DNA from: Oligoflexales bacterium
Lineage (GTDB): Bacteria; Bdellovibrionota_B; Oligoflexia; Oligoflexales; RGVZ01
Assembly (NCBI GenBank): GCA_044375465.1
Contig: JBILMN010000001.1
Coordinates: 47,052-111,051 of the forward strand
Direction: 5' to 3'
DNA length: 64,000 nucleotides
The notes below the pieces were generated by a model. It was not told where the DNA came from and did no database searches. It saw only the letters and a list, made by a program, of their open reading frames with translations. Every line of letters begins with the position of its first letter. The stretch's first letter is position 1. Position numbers and translations under genes: made by a program. Below, piece after piece: positions 37,320 to 47,333 of the stretch.

Positions 37320-37997
37320 TTAAAGAGCTGATCGCATCGATTTAAGTGCTGATTTCAACACTGACTGGAACTCAGGAATCGTATCCTGAAAACCATTTGT
37401 CTGTATACTGGCCAACACAGGTGTAATGTCTTTGTCTTTATAACCGAGATTTTCCAACGCGCTGCGGACATCCGATAAAATCGCTTGCATTGCGTCGTCG
37501 TGTTCAAGCCCGTCAATATCATGGAAATTCTTAGGAGCATCAGCTCCTTGTCGGAGGCTCGATCTTGTGTTTTTCTGGGATGCTGCAAAACCGATCTTCT
37601 CCATCTTGGGCTTCAATTCAAGAATAAGCTTCTCAGCAGTGCGTCTGCCAATACCTGGCACCGATTCAAGCACTGAAACCTTGTTTTGAAGCACTATTTG
37701 CCTTAAAGATTTCGCATCGATCGTCGATAAAACGGCGAGCGCTATTTTTGGTCCGATGCCACTGACAGATCGCAGCATGATAAACGCTTGCCTATCTTCA
37801 AAAGTCGCAAAGCCAAACAAACGAAGAGCGTCTTCGCGCACGTATGTGTCAATCCACAGTGCCAAAGACTGCCCCGGAGCAGGCGCCTCACAAAGAGCAC
37901 TTAGTGGCATTTCGACGCCATAACCAACGCCATTCACATCAAGTACGAGCGAGTGAGGAAGTCGTGTCAGCACCTTGCCAGATAGGTATTCGATCAT
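37320..37997 (-). CDS. ruvA: Holliday junction DNA-binding protein RuvA
   Basis: MIEYLSGKV..., GVGYGVEMP, F.ML.SVSGIGPK.ALA.LS, VPGIGRRTAEKLILELK. Confidence 0.92.
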   Translation of the reverse strand: MIEYLSGKVLTRLPHSLVLDVNGVGYGVEMPLSALCEAPAPGQSLALWIDTYVREDALRLFGFATFEDRQAFIMLRSVSGIGPKIALAVLSTIDAKSLRQIVLQNKVSVLESVPGIGRRTAEKLILELKPKMEKIGFAASQKNTRSSLRQGADAPKNFHDIDGLEHDDAMQAILSDVRSALENLGYKDKDITPVLASIQTNGFQDTIPEFQSVLKSALKSMRSAL

Positions 37998-38011
37998 ATT
38001 GGACCTCCTTG

Positions 38012-38662
38012 TTATTCGCGGATTCTTAATTTTATCAAACCAATCAAGCGATCGATGGACGCCAAGATCGGGTCAAATTTTCGGACCGCGTCTTGCCCGC
38101 TTTCACTTTGGGTTTCGAGTTGGCTTTCGAGCACGGATCGTTTGATCTCTTCCAAAGACTGAATATCGCTTTTGGCAATTGCCACCAGGCCATCACTCAT
38201 TTCATTTAAGTGTCGAGCTAGAGGTTGGAGCTCATCACCTTGCCGCTGGCGGAGTGTGACACGCCATTTCCCCATAGCAATCAATCGAAGCTGCCGCATC
38301 ATGCTAAACATCGGACCAGCAATTCTATGGGTTAGAATGATTCCAAAAAAAATCTGAACAACACAATTCAAAACAGCCGCCGACACCATCGCAATGATAA
38401 TCGGCAAAGGCAAAAACATACCCACAGTAAGAATTTTGAACACGAAAAGAGGATAAAGTATGAGTGCCATCGTTAAACTGGTCGACACCAATCCAGCGGC
38501 AACTCCAGCTGCCGTGTATCGATACTGAAAGTCCCGGTTCACGAGCCATATACGTTTTGGTAAGAGTTTCTTCAACATAAGTTCAGTATATATGGGAAGG
38601 TTTGAGCTCCCAAGTCCAAAGATCAAAAAAAGCGGCTTCGTTCTACGAAAGCCGCCTTTCAT
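38012..38662 (-). CDS. Membrane protein with a HAMP-like linker and coiled coil, no output domain
   Basis: Two adjacent TM helices, then ILTHRIAGPMFSMMRQLRLIAMGKWRVTLRQRQGDELQPLARHLNEMSDGL (HAMP pattern), then a helical tail. The start is at 38662 or 38578. Confidence 0.55.
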   Translation of the reverse strand: MKGGFRRTKPLFLIFGLGSSNLPIYTELMLKKLLPKRIWLVNRDFQYRYTAAGVAAGLVSTSLTMALILYPLFVFKILTVGMFLPLPIIIAMVSAAVLNCVVQIFFGIILTHRIAGPMFSMMRQLRLIAMGKWRVTLRQRQGDELQPLARHLNEMSDGLVAIAKSDIQSLEEIKRSVLESQLETQSESGQDAVRKFDPILASIDRLIGLIKLRIRE

Positions 38663-38684
38663 TTGTCCAGATTATGGTGCTGAA

Positions 38685-39854
38685 TTACCGCAGTATCGCC
38701 TTGATCGCATCAACCCTGTCAAGACGCTCCCAAGGGAATTCGTCACGACCAAAATGACCGTATGCCGCCGTCGGACGATAGATGGGGCGCAGAAGGTCAA
38801 AGGTCTCAACAATACCTCTTGGCTTGCAATTGAAAACTTTGCGTGCCGCGTCTGCAAGTTGCGCAGGGCTGAACTTGCTGGTGCCGTAAGAGTCCACAAA
38901 AATCGAAACCGGCTCAGCCACACCAATTGCATAAGCTAACTGAACAAGACATTTTTCCGCCATGCCGGCAGCGACCAGATTCTTAGCAATGTAGCGAGCC
39001 ATATAGGCAGCCGAGCGGTCCACTTTGGTCGGATCTTTGCCAGAAAATGCTCCGCCGCCGTGAGCGCCGTGACCACCATAAGTATCCACAATGATTTTGC
39101 GTCCTGTCAGACCGCAATCTCCTTGAGGGCCACCCACCACGAAACGACCAGTCGGATTGATGTAATATTTGGTGTTTTTGAGAAGCTCTGATGGTATGGA
39201 TTTTTTGACACAGTTTTCGATGACGTATTCTTCGAGTTTTTTGTGAGCGACATCCGGAGCATGTTGGGTGGAGATGACGACCGTCTCAATCCTCGTCAGT
39301 CGGCCTGCTTTGTATTCTGCCGTGACCTGACTCTTAGCGTCCGGACGCAGAAAATTAACGTCCTTGGTCCGACGCAAATGACTGAGGCGCTTGAGTAATT
39401 GGTGACTGTAACTAATCGTTGCGGGCATAAATTCTTTTGTCTCGTTACAGGCATAGCCAAACATCATGCCTTGATCGCCAGCACCCTGTTCCTTGTGTAG
39501 ACCTTCACCCTCAGTCACACCCATTGAAATATCGGGGGATTGTTCCTCGATCGCACAGATCACACCACAACTCTTGGCATCAAAACCAAGATCGCCATCC
39601 GTGTAACCAATATCTGCAATCACCTCGCGAGCGATTTTTGCGTAGTCGACTCGTGCCTTCGTGGTGATCTCACCAGCGATGACGACAAGACCGGTTTTAA
39701 CTAACGTTTCACAGGCGACCCGACTGAACTTATCCTGCGCTAGAAGCCCATCAAGAATCCCATCGGAGACCTGATCGGCAACCTTGTCCGGATGTCCCTC
39801 ACTCACAGACTCCGAGGTAAAAAGATAATCAGAATGATTCATGCTCGATGACAT
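38685..39854 (-). CDS. metK: S-adenosylmethionine synthase
   Basis: [48 protein letters not shown]. Confidence 0.97.
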   Translation of the reverse strand: MSSSMNHSDYLFTSESVSEGHPDKVADQVSDGILDGLLAQDKFSRVACETLVKTGLVVIAGEITTKARVDYAKIAREVIADIGYTDGDLGFDAKSCGVICAIEEQSPDISMGVTEGEGLHKEQGAGDQGMMFGYACNETKEFMPATISYSHQLLKRLSHLRRTKDVNFLRPDAKSQVTAEYKAGRLTRIETVVISTQHAPDVAHKKLEEYVIENCVKKSIPSELLKNTKYYINPTGRFVVGGPQGDCGLTGRKIIVDTYGGHGAHGGGAFSGKDPTKVDRSAAYMARYIAKNLVAAGMAEKCLVQLAYAIGVAEPVSIFVDSYGTSKFSPAQLADAARKVFNCKPRGIVETFDLLRPIYRPTAAYGHFGRDEFPWERLDRVDAIKAILR

Positions 39855-40789
39855 TAAAGACCTCTCTTCATATGAAGTTTATATGTACCACCAACTAGCG
39901 GCTCAACATTCACAATGCCAATACTTCGATCGTCGGAGCATTTCAACAGAAGTTCAAAATTCGAACTGTTGTTTGCGACATCGGCGGGAAGACTTGATAC
40001 AATAACCCTTTGGCCGTCAATGATCCGTTGGACGAGGACCTTATCACTTGATCTCCAAGTGGGCAATCCAATTGAGAGTTTGTCTAAATTTATGACAATG
40101 ACCTCGAGCTGCGTCGATGGCGAGGTTGCTTGTTCTAAGGTTAGGCAATCATCGAGCCCCATCCCGGCACTGTAAATTCTCGTCAATCGCGTGACATACC
40201 CTACCGTTCCCAAAGCTGCTGCGATATCCGTCGCCAGCGTTCGTATATAGGTTCCCTTCCCACATTCAACAGTCATACCGATAACGGGAAGATCCAATTT
40301 TTCGACCGCAATTTTCTTTATCACAACGCGTCTTTTCAAATCTTCCAGCGGTAAATCATCCGATTGTCGCCCCCGATGCGCGTACTTATACAGTTCCTGA
40401 CCTTGATATTTCACTGCGGAGTAGAGGGGCGGAACCTGTTCGATCACACCGATAAACGTATCGATGATACGATTCAGCTCAACCGATTGAATCTGAGGCC
40501 AGGGCATCTCGCAGATGGTAGCTCCAGCGGCATCCATGGTGGTCGTGGCCCGCCCAAGGGTCAAATCAAATGAGTATGCCTTGTCGAGATTGAGCAGATA
40601 ATCCTGGAGTTTCGTCGCTTTACCAATGAGCACCGGAAGCACACCGTCGGCCTCCGGATCGAGCGTGCCAACATGACCTATTTTGAGACGACCAAAACGC
40701 TTCAACAAGACCCGGCTGACGTCCTTGGACGTCATTCCTCGAGGCTTTAATAGCGGAATCATTCCCGATATTTCAGGATCATTGACCAT
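39854..40789 (-). CDS. truB: tRNA pseudouridine(55) synthase
   Basis: [46 protein letters not shown]. Confidence 0.92.
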   Translation of the reverse strand: MVNDPEISGMIPLLKPRGMTSKDVSRVLLKRFGRLKIGHVGTLDPEADGVLPVLIGKATKLQDYLLNLDKAYSFDLTLGRATTTMDAAGATICEMPWPQIQSVELNRIIDTFIGVIEQVPPLYSAVKYQGQELYKYAHRGRQSDDLPLEDLKRRVVIKKIAVEKLDLPVIGMTVECGKGTYIRTLATDIAAALGTVGYVTRLTRIYSAGMGLDDCLTLEQATSPSTQLEVIVINLDKLSIGLPTWRSSDKVLVQRIIDGQRVIVSSLPADVANNSSNFELLLKCSDDRSIGIVNVEPLVGGTYKLHMKRGL

Positions 40790-40800
40790 AGCTTTTGAAG

Positions 40801-41157
40801 TTATTCGCCACGTTCCTTGCGGATGAGGTCAAGCATCGCATCAATGGACGCACCGCGTTCAACCGAAGTATCGAAAAAGAATCTAAGGTCGGGCACGCGA
40901 CGTATGTCGAGAGCTTTTGCGAGCTTTGTTTTGAAAACTCCAGCAGCCCGATCAAGCGCCTTGCGGGTGTCATCTTTGGTCGCTTCATCCACAACACGAA
41001 AATGCACGGTCGCTAGCTGGAGATCAGGACTGAGTTTAACACCAGTAATGGTGACAAATTGAAGACGCGGATCATTGAGCTGCCCCCCCGTAAGGCAGCT
41101 TGCAATAATATCGCGTATCTCATCGCCCATTCGTTCTTTGCGCAAACCCATTCCCAA
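40801..41157 (-). CDS. rbfA: 30S ribosome-binding factor
   Basis: R..R.GDEIRDIIA, DPRL.FVTITGVKLSPDLQLATV, and the position between infB and truB. Confidence 0.9.
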   Translation of the reverse strand: MGMGLRKERMGDEIRDIIASCLTGGQLNDPRLQFVTITGVKLSPDLQLATVHFRVVDEATKDDTRKALDRAAGVFKTKLAKALDIRRVPDLRFFFDTSVERGASIDAMLDLIRKERGE

Positions 41158-41178
41158 TTATCCTTTGCATTCAATTGA

Positions 41179-43989
41179 TTACAGCGTCGGCGCAGTTTCC
41201 TGTAGCTCATAAGCCTCAATGACATCACCAACGCGGATATCTGCGTATCCATCAATACCAATACCACATTCGTAACCCTGAACCACTTCACGCACATCGT
41301 CTTTGAAACGGCGCAGAGATGAGATCTTGCCATTGTAGATCACAACGCTATCGCGAATGAGTCGAAGCTTGGACTGACGCGTGATCTTACCATCAAGAAC
41401 CGCCGAACCAGCAATAGTGCCAATTTTTGGCACGCTGATCGTTTGTCGCACCTCAGCATGACCAAGCACACTTTCTGTGACGATCGGAGGAAGTTTCCCT
41501 GCCATGATGGCCTTAACAGCGTCCACCAACTCATAAATAATGGAGAAGTAACGCAAGACAACGCCATTTTTATCAGCCAGGTCATCAAGACCACGGGCAG
41601 CCCTTACATTGAAGCCCACAATGACAGCACCTGTTGTCGTGGCCAGAGCAATGTCGCTTTCTGTAATCCCGCCAACAGCCTTATGGACGATACGATTTTT
41701 AACTTTATCCCCGGATAGCTTATTGACGGCCTCGCAAACCGCTTCGAGCGAACCTTGAACATCGGCTTTAACAATAACAGCCAACTCAGGTCGGTCGCTG
41801 GTTTGGACTTTTGCCAATAGATCTGCAAGACTTGCGGCACTCGACTTGCCACTATGCTTTTTACGCTCCTGCTCATCACGAATCGCAACAATCTCACGAG
41901 CGGTTCGTTCGTCAATAACCACGTTAACCTTATCGCCAGCACCAGGGACACCACCCAAGCCGACAACCTCGACTGGCGTCGATGGTCCGGCAAATTCCAA
42001 CTTCTGACCGCGATGGTCAATCATGGCTCTCACCCGGCCAAACTCACGCCCAGCCACAACGTACTGACCGACCTGCAAAGTTCCGGTCTGCACCATGATG
42101 GTTGCAACGGGACCACGCCCCTTATCTAGATGAGCCTCAACGACAGCTCCAGCGGCTGGACCGATATGAGTTGCCTTCAGATCGAGAACTTCCGCCTGCA
42201 AGAGAATAGCGTCGAGAAGTTCGTCGATACCAATACGTTGGAGGGCGCTTGTTTTCACAAACTGATTTTCTCCACCCCACTCTTCAGACTGAATGCCATG
42301 TTCAGCTAGCTGACTGTAAAGCCTGTCGAGATTTTGGTTTGGTTTATCAATTTTATTGACCGCCACAATAATCGGAACGCCAGCAGCTTTAGCATGATTG
42401 ATCGCCTCAACCGTTTGCGGCATGACACCATCGTCGGCTGCGACAACAAGCACGACGATATCCGTCAAACTTGCGCCACGTGAACGCATGGCTGAGAATG
42501 CTTCATGACCTGGCGTATCAAGAAATGCGATTTTTCTATCACTGTAATCAACTGTGTAAGCGCCAATATGCTGAGTGATTCCCCCAGCCTCCCCCGCAGC
42601 AACCTTCGCGGAACGAATGGCGTCAAGCAACGAGGTCTTTCCATGATCAACGTGACCCATAATAGTCACAATCGCCGGTCGTTCCTCAGTCTCTCCCACG
42701 TTCGCTGTCGACATCGCCGCAGAGATAACGTCCTCCGCAGTTTTTTCTTTATTCTTCAATTCGAAACCATACTCGGAAGCAATCAAGGTTGCTGTATCTA
42801 CATCCAGCTCTTGATTCATCGTCGCCATCACGCCCATGGCCATGAGCTTCTTGATCACGTCAGTTCCTTTGACTGCCAACTGACGTCCAAGCTCTGCGAC
42901 TGTGATGGCCCCTTCCATCTCAACAACACGGTACTGCGCCCGAGGTGTCGTGATCTGAGTTTTCTTCAGATCTTTTCGTCGTTTAGCATCGCGTCGGCTG
43001 CGAGCATGTAAGCCCGGTGTAAAAACCCGAGACTGAACCTCTTCCGTAACCGCATCCCCACCTTCATCAGCCTCTTCAAATTGACTTAAAAGGGTTCTCA
43101 TATTGAGATTTGCGCGCTTTTGTTTTGTGACCTTAGCACCAAGGCGTCCAGCGGATTCCTCTTCTTCTGGCGGACTGGCATCGCGCCCACGTTCACGACG
43201 CGATGACCACTCTTCAGCGCCAAATGGAACATTAATCCCCGCATCAACAGCTGGAGTTCCAAAACCTGATCCCCCAGGGCTTCTAGGCGCTCCGCCTTGT
43301 TCCGAACGGCCCCGAGAGGATAAAAGTCCCATGCCGCTGACCCTTACGCCGCGATTGTCCTCCCGGCGAACGGTACGATTTCCATGGGCATCCACGGCTT
43401 CTTGCTCCCTTTTTTTCTGAGCTTCAATCTCTTCGGGAGACGCACGGCGAATAATCGTTGCTCCGCCCGAAGGGGATTTTCGCGGCTGAGGGCGCTCAGC
43501 AACCGCTTCACTTGCGGTGGTCGTCGTCTCTGCCGACGTTGGAGCTCCGACCGGCGCCGAAGCGGCGAACGATGTTTCGATCGTCGAACGCGATTCCGCC
43601 GCCGTTGGTGAGACTGTAATTGCGGCTGGTTCTGTCGGTTTTACAGCCGCTCGCTCTTCGACCTTCGTAACGGCCGGAGGCGCTTGCTCCAAGGGCTTAA
43701 CCTCCGCAGGCTTTGGCTCTGGGGTCAGTGTCGCAGCTGATTCTACGGGAACATCAGAGGACGCAGCCGGAGCATTTGCGCGCCGTCGGATGACGACTGT
43801 TTTTTGAGCTGAAGATTCTGGCGCAGCAGCAACACCTTTTACGGCGTTCTTTAGTTTCATCGCCTCATCGTCGCTGATCGTATTTTGCGCGGTGGTAATA
43901 TCAATACCAAGTGGCTTGCCCTTTGCTTGGAGCACTTTCCACTCTACACCGAGTTCTTTGGCCAATTCATGGACTCGTTTCTTTGACAT
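41179..43989 (-). CDS. infB: Translation initiation factor IF-2
   Basis: [39 protein letters not shown], and the conserved C-terminal domains. Confidence 0.97.
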   Translation of the reverse strand: MSKKRVHELAKELGVEWKVLQAKGKPLGIDITTAQNTISDDEAMKLKNAVKGVAAAPESSAQKTVVIRRRANAPAASSDVPVESAATLTPEPKPAEVKPLEQAPPAVTKVEERAAVKPTEPAAITVSPTAAESRSTIETSFAASAPVGAPTSAETTTTASEAVAERPQPRKSPSGGATIIRRASPEEIEAQKKREQEAVDAHGNRTVRREDNRGVRVSGMGLLSSRGRSEQGGAPRSPGGSGFGTPAVDAGINVPFGAEEWSSRRERGRDASPPEEEESAGRLGAKVTKQKRANLNMRTLLSQFEEADEGGDAVTEEVQSRVFTPGLHARSRRDAKRRKDLKKTQITTPRAQYRVVEMEGAITVAELGRQLAVKGTDVIKKLMAMGVMATMNQELDVDTATLIASEYGFELKNKEKTAEDVISAAMSTANVGETEERPAIVTIMGHVDHGKTSLLDAIRSAKVAAGEAGGITQHIGAYTVDYSDRKIAFLDTPGHEAFSAMRSRGASLTDIVVLVVAADDGVMPQTVEAINHAKAAGVPIIVAVNKIDKPNQNLDRLYSQLAEHGIQSEEWGGENQFVKTSALQRIGIDELLDAILLQAEVLDLKATHIGPAAGAVVEAHLDKGRGPVATIMVQTGTLQVGQYVVAGREFGRVRAMIDHRGQKLEFAGPSTPVEVVGLGGVPGAGDKVNVVIDERTAREIVAIRDEQERKKHSGKSSAASLADLLAKVQTSDRPELAVIVKADVQGSLEAVCEAVNKLSGDKVKNRIVHKAVGGITESDIALATTTGAVIVGFNVRAARGLDDLADKNGVVLRYFSIIYELVDAVKAIMAGKLPPIVTESVLGHAEVRQTISVPKIGTIAGSAVLDGKITRQSKLRLIRDSVVIYNGKISSLRRFKDDVREVVQGYECGIGIDGYADIRVGDVIEAYELQETAPTL

Positions 43990-44084
43990 GCGTCAGTGTC
44001 CTTATCTAATCATGTGCGACTCATTCTATCACTCACCAATTATTCGCAGGCCCTACGAGGCGCCTGCATCAGTTTGCCAATTTG

Positions 44085-45668
44085 TCAGCGCTGCAAATAC
44101 CGATCTGCCGCCATCTGAACGGTACGAGCGACACCAATGGACAGGCCCGACCGAGACGCGACCTCCTCAGCAGCATCTGCAACGAGGTCACCAATGGTGC
44201 CGTAACCGGCATCTGCAAGGGCATGCGCCGTCGCTTCGCCCACACCGTCAAGTTCCAAAAATAGGGTGATGCGTTCGTTGCGCGCGTTGTCGTAACTGGA
44301 TGTTCCAGATCGGCTAGTATCTTGACGTGTTGGGTCAGCACTCGCGTTCGCCAGGAATTCATCTTGATCACCGGATGAGGATTCTTTGGCGCTGTGAGGT
44401 GTGGCGATGCCTTTAGCCATCATCTCCCGAGCAGCGACAATAACATCGTTTGCTTCTGTCTCGTCCATGTTCAAGAGACGAACAAACGTTCTTGGACTCA
44501 TCTCAGCCACCTCAGCTACAGTCTTGATGCCTTCGTTGACGAGAATCTCCGCACGCATCATGCCGACGCCACTAATCGATGCAATAAGCTCTTTGGAACC
44601 CACAAGCTCCTGAGCCAAGCGAGCCTCGCTTTTTATGTCAAGACGCCAACCGGTCAGCTGGGCTGCCAACCGAACATTCTGACCACGTTTACCGATCGCC
44701 AGCGACAATTGATCGTCGGCGACAATGACCTCCATACTATGATTGTCTTCATCGACAATCACCTTTGTTACAACCGCTGGATGTAGGGCATTACAAACGA
44801 ATCGCGCTGGGTCAGCATCCCAGGGTACGATATCGATCTTTTCGCCACCTAATTCCTGACGAACAGACTCTACGCGAGCGCCTTTGAGGCCTACACACGC
44901 TCCAACTGGATCTACGGCGCTATCGCGCGAATGAACGGCGACTTTTGTGCGGAATCCTGGATCGCGAGCCGCGCTTTCGATCGTTACAATCCCGTCATAC
45001 ACCTCGGTGACGTTTTGCTCAAATAGCCGGATCACGAAACCTGAATGCGCACGACTCATGACAACTTGCGGGCCACGAGATGAGCGTTTAACTTCCAAAA
45101 CGTATCCTTGAATACGATCTTTGATCTTATATTTTTCCGTCGGAATCTGCTCGCGGTAAGGAATGATCGCCTCGGTCCGTCCAAGGTCGACAACAATGTC
45201 GCTACGTTCAAAACGACGGACGGTTCCCGATAAAATCTCACCGACGCGGTCCTTGAACTCATCATAAACCTGCAGTCTTTCGGCATCCCGAACCTTTTGA
45301 ACAATGATTTGCTTCGCTGACTGAGCTGCAATCCGTCCAAACGCCGCCTTATCGAGTTTCACTCCGATCGAGTCACCAATCTGCGCCTCGGGATCAAGTT
45401 TTGCCGCTTCTTCAGTATCAATTTCGACATCTTCATCCGCCACATCATCGACAACGGTGCGGAATTGAAACAATTCAATTTCATCGGTGTCAGCATTATA
45501 GTGAGCCTCAAGATCCGCAACGGGGCCATGATTTCTTCGTGCGGCATGAATGACAGCCTGCTCCAATGCATCAATGATGACAGCCTTGTCGACGTTCTTC
45601 TCACGACTAACCGCGGTGATAACCGCTTTAAGTGTTCCTTCAATCTCGTTGTTTTCGGTGCTGCCCAT
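44085..45668 (-). CDS. nusA: Transcription termination/antitermination factor NusA with C-terminal acidic repeats
   Basis: The start is taken at MGSTENN (RBS upstream). S1 and KH domains (IGKRGQNVRLAAQLTGWRLDI) and C-terminal HhH repeats are present. Confidence 0.93.
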   Translation of the reverse strand: MGSTENNEIEGTLKAVITAVSREKNVDKAVIIDALEQAVIHAARRNHGPVADLEAHYNADTDEIELFQFRTVVDDVADEDVEIDTEEAAKLDPEAQIGDSIGVKLDKAAFGRIAAQSAKQIIVQKVRDAERLQVYDEFKDRVGEILSGTVRRFERSDIVVDLGRTEAIIPYREQIPTEKYKIKDRIQGYVLEVKRSSRGPQVVMSRAHSGFVIRLFEQNVTEVYDGIVTIESAARDPGFRTKVAVHSRDSAVDPVGACVGLKGARVESVRQELGGEKIDIVPWDADPARFVCNALHPAVVTKVIVDEDNHSMEVIVADDQLSLAIGKRGQNVRLAAQLTGWRLDIKSEARLAQELVGSKELIASISGVGMMRAEILVNEGIKTVAEVAEMSPRTFVRLLNMDETEANDVIVAAREMMAKGIATPHSAKESSSGDQDEFLANASADPTRQDTSRSGTSSYDNARNERITLFLELDGVGEATAHALADAGYGTIGDLVADAAEEVASRSGLSIGVARTVQMAADRYLQR

Positions 45669-45720
45669 CGCTCTAAATCCTTTCTGTTCAAGACTCACGA
45701 CTGTGAGAGTTTGACATCGG

Positions 45721-46164
45721 TTAATCTTGGAACTGACTCCAATCAACCACCTTCGTTGCTTTCAAAACCATAGACCAGGGGAAGGTCCAATGACCCTCTG
45801 CCGTTGTCATCGAGATCATTTGGTCGGGACTGATCTCCGCGACCCTACCGACACCTTTGCGGCGATTCTTGTATTTTTCAGTGAGTTTCACGTCAATCTG
45901 GCAGTTCTCGGCGCGTACAGACTGGAAATCTGCGATCGTCCGGACAGGACGTTCAACTCCTGGAGAGCTGACCTCTAGGTTGTATTCACAATCCAAAATC
46001 GCATCAAGGTCAGGCGACTCCACAAGGATACCCGAGACCTTTGCGCATTGATCCAGATCAATCCCATCAGCATGATCGATAAACAGTCTCAATGTCCGCG
46101 AATGCGGCTCCCATTCAGCATCAAGGCAAGTAAAGCCGTAGGAGGACAACAGACCCGTGACCAT
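45721..46164 (-). CDS. rimP: Ribosome maturation factor RimP
   Basis: LRLFID...DLDQCAKVS, LEVSSPGVERPL-type motif (LEVSSPGVERPV), and the position upstream of nusA. Confidence 0.88.
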   Translation of the reverse strand: MVTGLLSSYGFTCLDAEWEPHSRTLRLFIDHADGIDLDQCAKVSGILVESPDLDAILDCEYNLEVSSPGVERPVRTIADFQSVRAENCQIDVKLTEKYKNRRKGVGRVAEISPDQMISMTTAEGHWTFPWSMVLKATKVVDWSQFQD

Positions 46165-46554
46165 GTCGACAATTTCGTGAAGTTTTGCACGTTCGATAAA
46201 CAGATTCCGTCTCCAAAAAAATTACGACCCCACATCCGGCCCTCTCAAACCAACATGACGATGGCTCTCAAGGTGGAAGTGTCTGGTGCCGCAATTTTGT
46301 GCGTTTTATTCGCAGAATCATGCCAGCTGGATGTTCCAGACGGTTCAGGAATCCAGCAACGCAAATATGATCGCGCTTCGGACCCCGCCGGTCTCGATCT
46401 AAACCGAGAGATGGGGTTCTAGCATGCTATCGCGTTAAAAGGCAATAGTTTCATGGTTTTAATATGAGGAAAATCATGCCTACTCCGAGGCAGGAGACGG
46501 ACCTGATACACTATTATATAGAGTGACGCAGATCTACCGCCCGGAGGATAACAG

Positions 46555-47328
46555 ATGGGAATTTTTGACTTTTTTTCAAAAAAACCAGCACAAGGTTCGC
46601 AAGAAGGCGCGGCCGTTGTTGGATTCACCCATAAGCGGTATCACGCTCGATATCTGATGAATGAACGCGACCTTTGCACCGTTGAGCACGCCCAGCACGG
46701 ACTCTTCAGGGTGATCGACCTATCCCACCATGGGTGCCTCGTGGAATCGGTTGCGGACTCCACCTTTGAACACTGCGCTGTTCCGGCGGTCATTGATCTG
46801 ACCGTCTGTGGCAACACGATCAGGCTCGAGGTGTCACAGTGCCAACGCCGCAAAAACGGTTGGGGATTGGTATTTAAACACGTTCACGAAAGCTCCATCA
46901 GAAACTTAAGCATCATCATCGAACCGATACGTTGCGGCAGCACTGCTGTTGCAATACCCTCTGACCCAACAAAAGATGGCGTCATGTCCAAATACCGACG
47001 CCGATTCCAGGGAGACGGACCTTTTGATTTAGTTTTTGAAAAGGATGATGCGGGGCAGTTGGTCTTCCTGATGGCGACGATCCGTCGTGGCGCCGAATAC
47101 GGCAGTGTCATTTGGGAAAAGGGCCACGTCTTGACGAAAAAGTCGATTGATAACAAAGGTGATGGTGCTCGAATGGGACAGACGGCCGAGGTCGACAGAT
47201 CACTTGTGTGGGCCTGCGCTGCGGGATGTCTTGGCATGAAATTTAGTGAAGGTGCTCAATGCGCCAAAGCACTCAACGAATGGTTGAGTGCTGATGCCCA
47301 AAAGACGCCAATTTCAAAAATCAGCTAA
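46555..47328 (+). CDS. PilZ-domain protein with an uncharacterised C-terminal half
   Basis: KRYHAR (RxxxR) and DLSHHG (DxSxxG) in the N-terminal ~110 aa. Confidence 0.55.
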   Translation: MGIFDFFSKKPAQGSQEGAAVVGFTHKRYHARYLMNERDLCTVEHAQHGLFRVIDLSHHGCLVESVADSTFEHCAVPAVIDLTVCGNTIRLEVSQCQRRKNGWGLVFKHVHESSIRNLSIIIEPIRCGSTAVAIPSDPTKDGVMSKYRRRFQGDGPFDLVFEKDDAGQLVFLMATIRRGAEYGSVIWEKGHVLTKKSIDNKGDGARMGQTAEVDRSLVWACAAGCLGMKFSEGAQCAKALNEWLSADAQKTPISKIS

Positions 47329-47333
47329 GCAAT

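Noticed and set aside
41854-43807. Several + strand ORFs of 90-170 aa antisense to infB.
   Set aside because: infB is unambiguous across this span. These are low-complexity antisense frames with no start context.
46165-46554. A search for a tRNA-fMet (metY-like) gene upstream of rimP, as in the E. coli metY-rimP-nusA-infB operon.
   Set aside because: No acceptor stem, T-loop (GGTTCRAATCC) or anticodon-arm pattern appears on either strand, so this is only a long 5' spacer.
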